DNA of 52,399 bases, filler included, from Bipalium vagum (lineage: Eukaryota), in NCBI GenBank assembly GCA_037834085.1. It is 2 parts of 2 records of this genome, joined end to end, with 100 filler letters (N's around TTAATTAATTAA, not from the genome) between each part and the next. Parts side by side here need not be neighbours in the genome. Positions count along the whole stretch, not along the records: positions 32,069 to 52,399 come from JBBMKC010255225.1; 1 more part is not named here. One strand, written 5' to 3'. Below are positions 39,401-52,399 of the stretch, one piece after another; position 1 is the first letter of the stretch; every line of letters starts with the position of its first letter. The notes below the pieces were generated by a model that saw nothing but the letters and a program-made list of their open reading frames with translations, made no database searches and was not told where the DNA came from. The translations under genes were made by a program, and so were the position numbers.

Positions 39401-42400
39401 TTTTTGAGACACATTGTACATATATCATGTTGTATACATTATTAAAATTCTTAATAAATCTCTATATTAGAGTATTTTTTATATAAAATGTGATTTTAAT
39501 AAACCCATGAAATATTATAATATAATATTACAGATTTTGAGAATAAATTTTATGAAGCACTTTATGAAGCATTTTAAAAGGATACGCAAGTTAAGCACTT
39601 TCGACCAAGGTTTAAACTATTGCAAGATTACTGAAAATTATCGGATTTCAAATGGAATAATATCTAAGATCGTCCAGCAATATGAACAATAGCAGGATTT
39701 AAGAAATAACATAAAATTGTGGAATAGAATAATAGAAGATCGAAATATTCTGTTGTATGTACCAAGAAATCCTTGTATGCCTTCCAGACAGTTAAACATA
39801 TTATCGAAAGCAAATTTATATATATATTACGATATATTAATATATATCGTATATATTACAAAAAGTTGCAAGTATTATAATACTTAATAAGAAGTGGGTT
39901 TATGTAGAAGTACAATAAAAACAAATAACAAACTCATAATAGAACTAAGATCATAATCGTAAAATCGAAAACGTAAACATGACATGAAAACATATTATAA
40001 TAACCTTAAGAAAAATAATGTAGTTTCTTAAGATATCCGACATAAATCTGTTTAGAAAACAATTTCTAAAAAAAGAAATTTTTAACTTCTCAAAGGTTAA
40101 AGGTAAAAAAATATTTTCTCAGAGATCCTACTTTGATCAAACAAAATTTGAATTGTCAATATTAATATAATATTTAATTTCTCTTTTTATTTATTTTTCT
40201 AGCATTTGCAGAATCTCTTTTAATTGGGGAGTTGATTTTATTTTCTAATGAAAATATTCAAAAATAAATTTTTTGAAATTTTTTTAAAAAAAATTCTTAT
40301 TTTGAAATAATATTTTTTATTTATTGATATATTTTATTATTTTATTTTTTTTATTTATTTTTATTTATTTTTATTTTTAGTCAAATCTTATTTTTTAAAG
40401 ACAAAAGTGTTAGAGTATCGTATTTCATGTTATTTTACAAAAGATTTGTTCGAATAACTCAAAAATATGTCCTATAATAATTTTCCAAATAATTTTGAAA
40501 GGAAACCTGTTGATATCATTTATTATATATTATATTATCATAGCATTAATATATAAGTGGTGCCCCCAATAAGTCAGTGCAATAACTAGGAAAGCAATGT
40601 AATGGAAACAATCAAATTTTCACAGTAACACATAACATGTATAGACATTGTTTTTCAACATAAGAGCCATTTACATCCGCACACTTTTGTAAGCCCTGGA
40701 TCATTTCAGAGAATTCACTTTCGGAGAAATCTGATAACTGATCACGCAGGAAATTCCCAACTTTTTCTCTCAAATCTATGCAAATGTTTCTTCATATTCA
40801 TAAAAGGTAAAAATCACTGGGGACAAGGTCTGAATTGTAGGGGGATGGTCCATTAGATCAAATCTACTTTCCTGCAGAACTCGAATGAATGCTGCACTTT
40901 TATGGATTTGTCATTGTCCTGGAGAAACCACATTTGGATACTCAGTTCTTTTCGTCGAGCATGTCGGCATTTGTACACAAGATTAGAGTAGTAGGAAGAG
41001 TTGAGTCTAGTTTATTTTATCAACAAAATTGACAAGGATAGCACATTGAAAACCAAAAAATATGCTCAGCATCAGACATTTTTTGTTGGAATTTACAACT
41101 ATAAATCATCCAGCTTCTCTAATACAGATTGAGAAATACACAATAAATACACAAAAATAAAAATTTTTTTAATATAATAACTACTTTAAAAACAAAATAT
41201 GCCAAAGTGAGATCTCTTACTGGTGCTCTTACTGGGTTTTAAGAAAGCTTTACCATAACAATAAAAAATCAGAAAATATAGCATTTCAATTATATATTTA
41301 TATTGTGCTGGCTTTTAATACTAATTTAAAAAACAGATATAAATATTATTGTGAAAATTGATTACTAATGCTAGATGAAGAGTAAGAGTGACTTTATTAA
41401 AACAGTCAGCTTATAGTTCAGATTTACAATTTGTTCTGTTCTGCAACTCGAGAACTTCCTATGATTATGTTTTTTAAGTTAACCAATTTACCTAGCATTA
41501 GTTAAATTGGTTAACTGAAGGTAAACTTAACCTTGACTATCGAAATCAATTGAAGATTTCACATTGATCATTGAAACTAATGATAAATATTTGTCATGTA
41601 CTGGTTACCTTATATTTGGTAATTGAAAATTTGAATAATTACTTTACTAAATAGCAATTATTAAAACAAACGGATTATGTTTGAAATTAAAATAAAAAAA
41701 TTAATTAATTAAATTAAAAATTAAAATAATAATTTAATAATAAATTAATAATAATTTATTTAACATAATAAAAAAGATTTTTTATATATGAAAAAAAATA
41801 ATTGGCAGAAATTTTTTGAAAATGTAAAATATTTAATTAATTACTAAAATGATATACTTTGATTTTTATGAAAGTATAAAATCAATATATCGAACTTTTG
41901 ACATATAAAATCAATTTTATAATTGATAAGAATAATTTGCAAATTGAAATATTTGTAATGAGTTAAAAAAAACATATCTCAATTATTATTACTTTCACAA
42001 ATATTTATATAAGTGATGACAATTTTATCGAAGTCAGTGACAGAATATGGTTTAAAACAATTGCAGATTATTAAAAATAATCAATAAGGGTAAAATTTTA
42101 TAAACGAAAATATATAATAATAAATATGGTAATAATAATAATATATTTTTATGAGACAAATTACAATTTTTCATACAATATTTTAACAATTGTCTTAATA
42201 CAGTTGATACACCTGAGTTTCATTATTATTTTGACAGGTTTTACTTGTTTCCGATTGGTTGGTTTTTCAACTTCATGTTTACCCTCTTAGAGCTCGATTC
42301 AAGTAAATCTTTTATTAATCAAAGTAACAGTGTTTGATGTAAAATAATTTTGCTAACACTAAATAATAATACGTCAACATTCTCCTTTATTGCTACTGAA

Positions 42401-45400
42401 AACTCTCTGGATTAAAAAAGATAAGAAAATAACAATAAAGTTTAATAAGTTAAGTAATAAAACATGATATCCTTATCAGTGATAAAGCAGAAAGGAGAGT
42501 TATTGAATGAGTAGTAATAAGGCATTTGATCATGTTAAAAAATTTTATGAGCCAGATAATTTTTAGATTAACTAAATTTTGATATTAATTAGGAATATTT
42601 CGAGGGAGTCTTTGAGTTTTAAAGAGACAGAGTACAAAGAAAGGTAGTGTCATTATTAGATTTTATATATAATGAACTTTATAAAAAAGAAGGATTGCGA
42701 GTTTTAAAGTATATCTGAAATGAGAAAAAGTAGACATTGAAGAATTATTTGAGGCACAGTTGGGGTTTTTAATGAGAGACTACAATCAGCAGCCTAGTAT
42801 ATATTTATGCTTAAGTTGTCAATGACTTTTAATTTGTTTTTTTTCTTATTGATTAATTACAAAAGACATCTCCATAACGATCCTGTGTTTAATAGATTAA
42901 CATGGAACTTTCTTGGATAATATATCACAATGTTTTGTCTATTACAAATCATACTGGTGCAATTATCCTCTAGCTATATTGTAATTAGCTATGGTTTGTT
43001 GATAGATAATTTTTAAAAAAATATTTAAAACTCACTAATTAAATTTTATATTATATATAATTAAAATATTTGCAGTTACAATATTATTATTGTTGATTAA
43101 TAAAATATTTTTATTTTTTCAAATCATAATATAATATTCTTTTTATTTTTATAACTATTTTATTTTATGAATATTAATTATTATACTACACCAACAAATA
43201 AATATCGAAAATTTATTTAAATCAATTATTAACATTTTTGGTAATAAAATTTTAATTTCAAACGTAATCCGTTTTTTTTAATAATTGCTATTTAGTAAAG
43301 TAATTATTCAAATTTTCATCGGACGCAAATATTTTTAAATTTAAGAATATCAACATTTAATCAAGGAAAAGATTATTTGTCTAAGGATCTTATTCATTCT
43401 TTATAATGAACAAAAGTGCTCCAGAAACCTTCCGGATACTTTATGATGAATTTTAAAAACAAAATATCTTAGGATACATACAAACACTGGCCTTAGCTTT
43501 TTAAAAATAACAATTTTAGTGAGAAAGGAAAAGGACGTCTACGTAGTCCTTTTAAACATGAAGAGCAAGGTTCACAAAATTTATCGAATGAAATGTACCC
43601 ATTCTCATAAAAAAACTTTTCAAAAGGTTAGGTTTTATCAACAAACAATATGTACGAGATTACATTATATGGGCAAGATTTTAAAGGAAGAAAAATGAAT
43701 GCTTTTCAATTGGACGAAAGACAACTAGATTAGATTTAATCAGGGTCAAACTTTAAAAATGACTAAAAAACTAGAACGCTTTGAAAGAAAAAAATGCTCT
43801 GCATTTGCTCGAATAAAAAAGGTGTTATACTAAAAATTTTAAAAACCATGTGAAACTGCTAAATCTGACTGTTTCAAAAACCAATTAGTCCAGGTGAATC
43901 AATGTTTAATTACTAGAAGTCTAGAATGGGACAAAAGAAAGTAATTTCTCTCCATGAAAACGCACAATCTTGCATTTCTGAAGCAATGAAAATCCTGTTA
44001 AAAGATATGAACAAAGAAGTACTCAACAACCGCCTCATATTCACCATATTTTTCATCTGAAGACACCCTAAAAATGAATCTCACGCCTTAAAAATCGAGG
44101 TCTTTTGATACTTATTATTTTGATACTTCTTTTCTCTTATGTACTTTTTGAAATTATCGTGCTTTTGCTACTAAAGATTCTGATAATTTATCTGTGTTCT
44201 TAGTATCTGTAATTACTTGAAAACTTTTATACTTCAGTATTAAATTAAATTTGTAAACTATAATTCATAACCAAAATAAAATGACCTTAATCTCTGTAAC
44301 AGCTTCTCTTTCACTTTAACGGATTTATCTATTTATCTAATAAATCTCAAAAATATTATGCTGATCTTCTTGTGGGATGGCAATAAATGTTACATATTTT
44401 TAGAGTTCAATAATATACGATACCTGGGCATTGAAATAGACTCAAACAAAAATATCGTTTTTTTAATCTTAAATTTAATTTAAAATGGTTTTTTACGTAA
44501 ATCATTATTAAGTACAAGAATAATGATTTATTAAACTGAAAACACTAAAAATGTTATATATATTTATTACACAAAAGAAATTAATATTTGGTTCATATTC
44601 CCTTATTTTGAAAAAGTAGCTGCACTCTTGGTTGCATGCTTTTGACAGAATCTTTGGCTGTCTGCTGAACATTTTTGTTGTTATGTCACAAATACTTTAT
44701 TTTCTCGATCATTTCATATGTAGTAGTCACTGTTTCTAGAGCGATCTGATCTTTCAAAGCCTTCTAAATATTCTCTATCGGATTCATGTCAGGAAAATTA
44801 CCGGGTCAGTCCAAAAGTGGTATTTTTTCTGCATTGAGATATTTTTGAATTACCTTAGCTCTGTGACAAGGTGCTCCATCATGCATGAACTGAAATCGTT
44901 CACCGCCAGGAAACCAAATTCGTAATTGAGGCCGTAATTCATTCTGGAATACTTGCAGGTACTGCTGCGAATTCATGTTGCTATTCACAAAATAAATTTT
45001 TCCAACCGTTTCGCATCAAATTTGTACATCATATTTTTAAAAATATACAGTAATGTGTACAGTAACTACCATAATTTCTTTAGATCTCTTTTAATATCAA
45101 AGCAAATCATTAGAAATCATTTTATTATTATCTGGTTATTGTAAAAACCAAATAAATAAATAAATAAATAACGAGACCTAAAAAATTTCAATAAAAATCA
45201 AGGCAGACTTTTTAACATTCCACCAATATTTGCCAAAATTCTGTGTTAAATTAAATTAATAATTTTTTGCCTTTCATTTTAATTTTAAATTGGTTTGTTT
45301 ATTTTAAATTTAAAATGAAATTTTATGGATATGAAGAAATATAATGGAAAATTATCGTTCTATGAAAATTTTGATTTGAGAAAATTTACTGTGAGAATTA

Positions 45401-48400
45401 ATCAGAAGAAAAATTAGATATTTTTTCTTACATTGATTTCAATGAGGAAAATCAATTTAAAAAATCAACAGAAATTTTATGAAATAATTAATATTGAAAC
45501 TTAGGAAAAGCTCTTTATTCAATTCTATATTAATAATTACTCTAAAAACGTTAATTCTGACTTTGAAAGGAAAATTATCTCGTTTCAAAAATTCAACGAT
45601 GGTTTGGGATAATTTACCTTTTTTGTTCAGTTAATTATTTATATTCTTCACATTTTCACTTTCCGATGGATGTCTTACTTATTTACCTTCAATAAATTAT
45701 TTTCGACTTATATATTCTTTAAAATAATCTACATTTTAAAAATATAATCATTTTATTTTTATTTTATTATATATTTTATTCAATTTTTTGTCATGAAATA
45801 TTTTACATTCACATTTCACAGAAACATATATAAATATAGATTATTATATTTATTATTTACGTATGATATTTAATAATATTTCTTATTCTTTTAAAATTAA
45901 AATCAATTGTGGTTAAAATTAGAAAATAAGATTTTTTTTATAAAAAATTATATATAACATCTATTTAATTATTTATATTCATTTATGGGGAATTATTAAT
46001 TTATTAAAAAGAAATTCTTGTTTAACAGTCGGTTTATTTTTGACATCATTAATATATTTAAAAATAATAATTTTTATAAAGTAAGAATCTTGCATACACA
46101 TCCTTGATGATAATATTGATTTTTCATATTTTCTATTTTTAAAGAGTACTGTTATTTGATGAAATAAGAATATATCTTTAATTAAAACAAAAATATTGGA
46201 AAATTATGAAAATTAAAGAAATTGAGACTCTCATGATGCAAATCATTTTAGTTTAGTATTTCTTTGCTGGAAAAATTTCTGTTATTCTTATCATTTGTAA
46301 ATATCATTTTTGTATACTTTTTGAGATAAAATATTTTGCAAGATGTTTATTTCGAATTTTCTTTTTTTAAACTGAAAGAAATAAAAATATAATGAAAAAT
46401 TTTTTTAATCATTATCAGAAAATGTTTAGCACTTGATTTTAATTTTACTAAAACAATGAGAATTTTGTAATAAAATTTAATTCGACTTTAATTCATAAAA
46501 ATGTAGGTAACATTCTTTGTTCGTAGAATTCAAATCCGCAACAGACTAACTATATTTTATTTAGTCTATTAACTAAGTTCTTAAATTTAATTTTTAGATG
46601 TTGCAGAGTGGTTTTGATGATGTTTCCTATGTGAGTTTTAGCGTTATCATGTTTATTCTCCTTCATAATATCGTTTACTCAACATAATTAATTCATATAT
46701 AAGTGCTTGTCGACTGTTTGGTTCTATTGTATCATTTCTCAGTATATGATATCACTCTATTCAAAGAAATATTATGATTTTCTTGGAATATAAATCTTGT
46801 CTAATTCTGATTAATAAACCACTCATTTATCTTTATAATCGTAAGATAACCTCATGGTTAAAGAATTTTTATATCAAACTATATACAAATTTGATAGATT
46901 TTTTCAAAATTGAAAATCATCTATTTTTTCACAAGAACCCGGTACTATCCGGAAATGTTTTCATCATTATTTTCAACTTGATGTTTAGTCTGCTAAAGTT
47001 CATTTGTTTATAAAGTTTCGTGGGTGAAGTGCTATGTGAAGTTCGTGTGACAAATTATACATTAAACAGAGAGTTATAAGGCCAATTAGTTATGAAGATA
47101 AAAGCATAAATATTAGTACACTATGATGCCCGTCCTAACATTTCAGGAAAGACAACCAATATTTCAAGAGATGAAGTTATGAACTACTAAACACCCTCAA
47201 TATTTGCCTGATTTTGCTCTATCAGCCTTTCATTTCTTTTGAAGTTTGAATCATATTATTCAAGGAAAAAAATTTAAAACAAAAGAGAAAATTAACAGCT
47301 ATACTGCGACTTCACCTCGAGCAAATCTGAAGTTTTTTATCGCACCTGTATAAATAAACTTCCTCTAAATGGCCAAATGTATTGAAAATAATAATTTAAT
47401 TATTATTATTTTATTAACTAGATTTTGTATGTTTTCAAAAAACTTAATGTAAATCTTAAGTCGGAAACCTCTTAGGTAAACACCTAATATTTATTGGCAG
47501 ACTGTTTTTACTTTTCTAATAAAAATAAACATATGTAATAGAAAAATGGAAATCTTTTTAATGTGTGTTAATGAAATGCAACATTAAACAAAATAAAACT
47601 CTAGTGGAATCTAAAAATAAATGCAAAGGTTAAGAGAGAATCTTATTTCAAATTTCGACATTCCTGTACCTTTTAATTTCTGAAATCATTAACTTATATC
47701 AAATTAAAAAGTTCATGTGAGATTTCCAAGTTAACAAAAATTGTGTTTTGTAAATTCTGAATAAACTTCTCTGAAAGTTGATCCTTACGAATATGATCTA
47801 TTCATGTTATATTTAAAATTCTTTATTCCTGCCTAATACTTTTGAGCAGTAGTGTATATCATTATATAAAGCTTTTGCAAATAATATATATAACGTATTA
47901 ATGTAACCTAAAAATAAACTGAGGTAAATTTTAAGATATTTATTAACAATTAAATATTGAAAAATAAAACGCAATTTTCTTTAATTTTTTTTATTTCCTT
48001 ATTTTTTTTCTTAAAACAAATATAAACATACCTCAGACTAATAATAAAATCATCAAAGAGATTTTAAAAATTTTTCATATTAATGATATTTTTATTTATA
48101 TTATTATTATAACCAAACGAATAGTGAAAACTCACTTTAAATTCCAATTCCATTCCAGTAGAATATTGATTAGATAGTGTAACACCAAGAACTGGGAGTG
48201 GTTGCTTTAATTTGGTAACATGAGCGTGAAGATGCCTTATTGAAACTTCTGTATTTCCACACAGAGATGCTTCCAACAAAGCATCATAAATAAAGGTATA
48301 TTGCTCTTCCGTTTGTACCATATAATTTCTCTGAGCTCTTAATCTGCTTACCAAACCATAAACATCAACAACTTTTTCATGTTGTAATTGTGAAAGTTGA

Positions 48401-49718
48401 CTATCGAGTACAATATATGCTCCAGTTCTACCAACACCTGCTGAGCAGTGAACTATAATGGGACCGGCATCAGATGGACAACAAAATCTGACTCTTTTGA
48501 TAAACATAAGCAAAGGAAGTGCTGTATCAGGAACACCATGGTCAGGCCATCCTGTGAACTGAAAGTGAAATACGTCTCTATTTTCCTTATTGCCACTGGG
48601 ATCTGATGAAGATTTTTTGGTCAAAGTAAACTTTCTCATGGTATAATATGCCAGTTCTATTATTTCCAAATGATTAACAGTCAAACCACTCTCTGAATAA
48701 ACATCGCTTCCTCTCGTTGGCCAATACTGGTCACATTTGACCCTGAGTCGTTCTTCCAATTTGGTCATCATCACAATTACCGCACAACGATTTTCCCATA
48801 CCATTCTCCAAAAGGCTTCAAAGGTTTCTGGCAAAGGTCCCTAACAATTGCATTGTTATCATATTTTAATCTATTCACAATTAAATCAACTTGTGTAGCT
48901 ATATAAGCATTTTGTTTTCTGTATCCATCGCAATAATTAGCATTAATATAATCACTTCCAGGATTATCATTTAATGTTGATAAAACCACTCGACTGTGAT
49001 CATATGTAATGACATTAGCATATCGGTTTTTCGGTTTATTGATTTCCAAATTCGATTGAACCCAAGTAAATTGGTGACCAGGATCTATGGATTCATATTC
49101 TTCAGTGAATTTAGCATTATCATTTGCTTTCAAAGCCTGTATATATTCGGCAAGATGCCCCGATGGAATGGGTGGGTGCTTGCTCACATCTAGAAATATT
49201 TCTCATTATTGCCATTTTAAACAAAAGTTGCAAAAAAACAAAATTTCTTTGACATTTATTTTTTGAAGTATGGAAAAAAAGAGTACATAAAAAAGACAGT
49301 AAACTTCCTAAGGAAATTTTCTATATGTTTATACAAATAATTTTATTTCTAGTTGAGACCCAAGAAGCACTACGCCCAGATTGTCTCAATTGTTTCCCCT
49401 AATACAAAAAAGAGTACTTAATCATTTTTCTGAATCCTGGATATAAGATAAGCCATTCACTAGTTACAATAACCGAAATATTAATTGAGTGTTTCTTTCT
49501 ATAATATCTGACAAATTTAGTTACAAAATTAACTTGGATTTTTGTAATTTGATTTAATTGAAGAATCCATATCTGTTACAATTCCATTAGAATGGGATAA
49601 TGGAACATATGATGGAGGTCCGGAAACTGCTTGAGAGATGAGAGCTTGTTTTAAACTAGGATCTCCATTCATTATTAGTTCCTGAGGACTGTTGTAATAT
49701 CTCTTTGGTCTCCGGCGT
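33499..49718 (-). CDS. Lar: LAR-family (type IIa) receptor protein tyrosine phosphatase, partial: juxtamembrane region, D1 and most of D2; exons 49718-49534, 49189-48891, 48840-48136, 37178-36873, 33782-33499
   Basis: HPPIP...[41 protein letters not shown]|[36 protein letters not shown] in D1; [33 protein letters not shown] in D2. No extracellular or transmembrane exons were found (probably beyond the window end), and the final D2 exon was not found before the gap. Confidence 0.95.
35071..35094. repeat. (AAAT)n microsatellite (a similar run lies at about 45150-45170)
   Basis: Direct inspection. Confidence 0.85.
36018..36560 (+). mobile_element. Pogo/Tigger (CENP-B-like) transposase remnant in a LAR intron
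   Basis: [20 protein letters not shown] start, [36 protein letters not shown] (YNxDETGLF motif with the Asp lost); frameshifted and truncated. Confidence 0.8.
39100..39370 (+). mobile_element. Possible non-LTR retrotransposon AP-endonuclease fragment
   Basis: SW...FCSPNFEVL resembles the W...CSPDLExL segment of L2-like endonucleases; weak. Confidence 0.25.
40554..41100 (-). mobile_element. Mariner 3' remnant
   Basis: Minus-strand [10 protein letters not shown] and [15 protein letters not shown] motifs. Confidence 0.75.
43300..44060 (+). mobile_element. Heavily decayed mariner remnant
   Basis: KGVI.., [11 protein letters not shown] (LLHDNARP-like) and EVL..PP fragments; boundaries approximate. 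Confidence 0.55.
44580..45000 (-). mobile_element. Tc1-like (DD34E) transposase 3' remnant
   Basis: [14 protein letters not shown]...[16 protein letters not shown] (WP.NSPDLNPIENLW motif with stops). Confidence 0.85.
47000..47488 (+). mobile_element. Mariner 3' remnant with right terminal repeat
   Basis: [10 protein letters not shown] and [18 protein letters not shown] motifs; terminus ...GGTAAACACCTAATA. Confidence 0.7.
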
Positions 49719-52352
49719 CTTAATTATAAAAGGAAAAATAATAAATTATTTTCGTTTAAATTTCATTTACTTTTCATTAAAACAATTAAATAATACAATT
49801 CATGTTATTCTTTAAACAGTTACAATAATTCCAATTGCCTTTAAGTTATTTTTATACCAATCATTACTGATGTGGCACATATTGTTTGGTTTTGTTTCTA
49901 TTACTATTTTATACAATTATAATACTCTGGAAATAACGACTGACATTAAGACTGAATAATATATTAAAAATAAAGTGACGGAAAAATCAATTTTCAAGGC
50001 TTTGGTCCTGTAATTCAAACCATCCCTAGTGCGGCAGAAAGATTCCAAATTCTAATGAAAACCTTAAAAACAGTCAGCAGTCTCACATGATAGAGAAACA
50101 GTGATATACGTATACATTTGACAATTCTGGCAGGAAACATTAAAATCTAATGAGAAATTTAATATTTCAGAGGCTAAAGGTCACAGTCTTATGTATTGTT
50201 GGAAGCTTACAAAAATTAAAACGGTAATTTGTTGATAATGTTATGTTCCTAAGAATTGATAAGAAAATGGAGTTAAAAATGTCGAAATTGGGCTTTAGGC
50301 AACTTAACAAGGCTTACTGTAATCAGAAAGACTTATTTAATGTCAGTTCGGAATTACATGTGAAATAGGGTAAAGGATGTATACTTGCACAATGTAAAAT
50401 TTAATCGATCGTTAAAAAAATGACAATAAAAATGAAACCAATAAAGTAAATTAAGACCTTTTAAGTTCTTTTATTTTTTAATGAAATTAAATAATGATAA
50501 ATTAATTGACAAAAACCTCTAAGATTTTCAGATAATCTTTTCACGGTTACCTAGTAAGATCTAGAAAGACTCTGGGATAATTTATCAGCCTAACCGCTAG
50601 ATAAATTGCAAACAAAAAAGAAAAAAAATATTAAAAGTTAAAATGAATAATCCTAGTATCGATGAACTAGTGATTATTGGAACGATAATCTTATTTTAAA
50701 AATCTTGTGCTATCTTAATAAAATTACCAAGATTAAATTTTAAAAATAAAAAAATAATAATAATAAAAATTTTAATAATAATAATAGTGTGGAGACTCAA
50801 TAAGTCTCAAAAATTACAATAAACTTTTAATGAACAAAAAAAATAACATTTTTGATCTAATTATATTCTGATTATTTGTATTTGTAAATTTAAAAGAAAA
50901 ATCCCAGACAAAAACGATAAAAAAAATCTTCTTCTTATTATTACTAATATTCACTCAAATAAAAAATATAAATATTGTGAAAAATATAAATAAATAAAAA
51001 TTATTAAAAATGGAATAAACGTAAAAATAAAAATGTTTTTAGTAAATAAATATTAAAAATACATTAAATTACTATTTTAAGTATTTATTATATTAAGTAT
51101 TATTATCATAGCGAACTAATTAATATAAATAATCAAATAATCATTAATTAGGCGCATAAAAAATTTGAAGAAAAACACGCTTAAATCATTTTAAACCAGG
51201 CCAGGTGAACACGAACTAATCACGCAAAATATTTCATATAAAAGCAGATAACAGGATATACAGTTAAAAATAGAACAAAACTAAACAAAGCAAAACGAAT
51301 ACAAATCTACAGTGATTGATTGTTTATATTAAAAATTCATTATGACGTATCTTTCTCTATGTTGGATATATTGATAATTTAAACAAATATTCACAATTTA
51401 AAATCCTTAAAATAAATTGGTAATTTTTTGAAGTTGCACAATTTATAATTAATTATTATAAATAAGTGTCAGGGTTCAACCTTAAATTAAGTAACTTTTA
51501 ATTTAATTTTTTAATTTAATTTTTCTTCATTTCCGACACAATTACTTTTTATTGTGCGTAATTCACAAAGGATTTGGGTAGTGAGTTACAATAAATTAAG
51601 GTCCTTTGAGATACTGATATTTATATCAATACGAAAGAATTTTAAACTTTTAATTAACCTTTGGGAATTTTTCTTCAGAGGATTGTTGTTAGTTTTGTTA
51701 AACACAAACTTTGATAATTTTGATATTTGATTTGTATATATTTTATAAGACGTGTAACTTAGTTATTTGCTACTTGTTATTTGATATTTGAAAAATCACA
51801 CCTAAAATCTTTCTACCGTTAAGATCTTAACCAGTTCCGCATTTACTTAAGAGACTTAACATTATGAATATTTTGAGTCAATTTGATCTGTCTTTGTTGT
51901 CCATTTTTCTCTACTTTTATATGGTATTTATTTTAATGAAATTGAACGTGAATCTCTTCTTGGAATGAGTTAATTACTTTTTTGTGTCTTATTTTAAAGG
52001 TCAGTAAACTTATATAATTAAAATTTATTATTTTATTTATTTTTAGTCATTTGTTATTTCCTAATTTGTCTTTGATAATATATTTTTATTTTAATAATCT
52101 TTTTTCATCACTTCTACTTATAGAAACTGAAAGTTTCTATTCTCTAATATTTCTATATTTTTACAATTTTTTTGCCTTAATACTAAGAATAATATCAGTA
52201 ATAATAATATCGTTGCAGCTACGATAACTTTCGGAATTCATAAACTTAAGATTCAGTTTAATTTTTATTCGACAAAAATAATTGAATAGTTGTATAAGTA
52301 TTTTATTTTTATTATTTATTTAAAAAATTTATAGGGTTTTCGGCTTTATTTA

Positions 52353-52357
<5 letters not shown>

Positions 52358-52396
<39 letters not shown>
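52358..52396. repeat. (TA)n microsatellite
   Basis: Pure TA run at the window end. Confidence 0.95.

Positions 52397-52399
<3 letters not shown>

Noticed and set aside
39507-39800. HTH-like fragment resembling a Tc1 N-terminus
   Set aside because: Too degraded to call; no catalytic motifs attached.
1-52399. Prokaryotic features (CRISPR array, defence operon, rRNA) or an alternative genetic code
   Set aside because: No regularly spaced repeats or rRNA-like tracts. Genes are spliced animal genes that translate cleanly with the standard code and use TAA and TGA as stops.

Overview
AT-rich eukaryotic (animal) genomic DNA with spliceosomal GT-AG introns of two size classes (about 45-80 nt, and 0.3-11 kb). 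The species cannot be determined from sequence alone. Genes reconstructed by hand: (1) a complete 9-exon ORP2/ORP1S-like oxysterol-binding protein (+, 1660-14099, 468 aa); (2) an orphan Lys/Arg-rich, probably secreted or membrane-anchored protein (+, about 20960-22471); (3) a complete 6-exon exocyst subunit Sec15/EXOC6 (-, 29719-24493, 888 aa); (4) a 67-aa two-exon COMM-domain gene missed by the ORF track (-, 29975-29726); (5) the cytoplasmic part of a LAR-family receptor tyrosine phosphatase (-, 49718-33499, both ends missing). The most notable observation is that the COMM gene's TAA stop lies only 6 nt upstream of, and in frame with, the EXOC6 ATG (AAA TAA ATT AAA ATG), with an AATAAA overlapping the stop. 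This suggests a dicistronic, operon-like or readthrough unit linking two endosomal-recycling complexes. Also present: a tRNA-Ala-like Pol III unit enclosed by a 15-bp inverted repeat in an OSBP intron, a hAT-like MITE, about ten decayed Tc1/mariner/pogo copies, and an artificial 100-nt N/TTAATTAATTAA spacer at 31969-32068, so the two halves of the window may not be truly adjacent.
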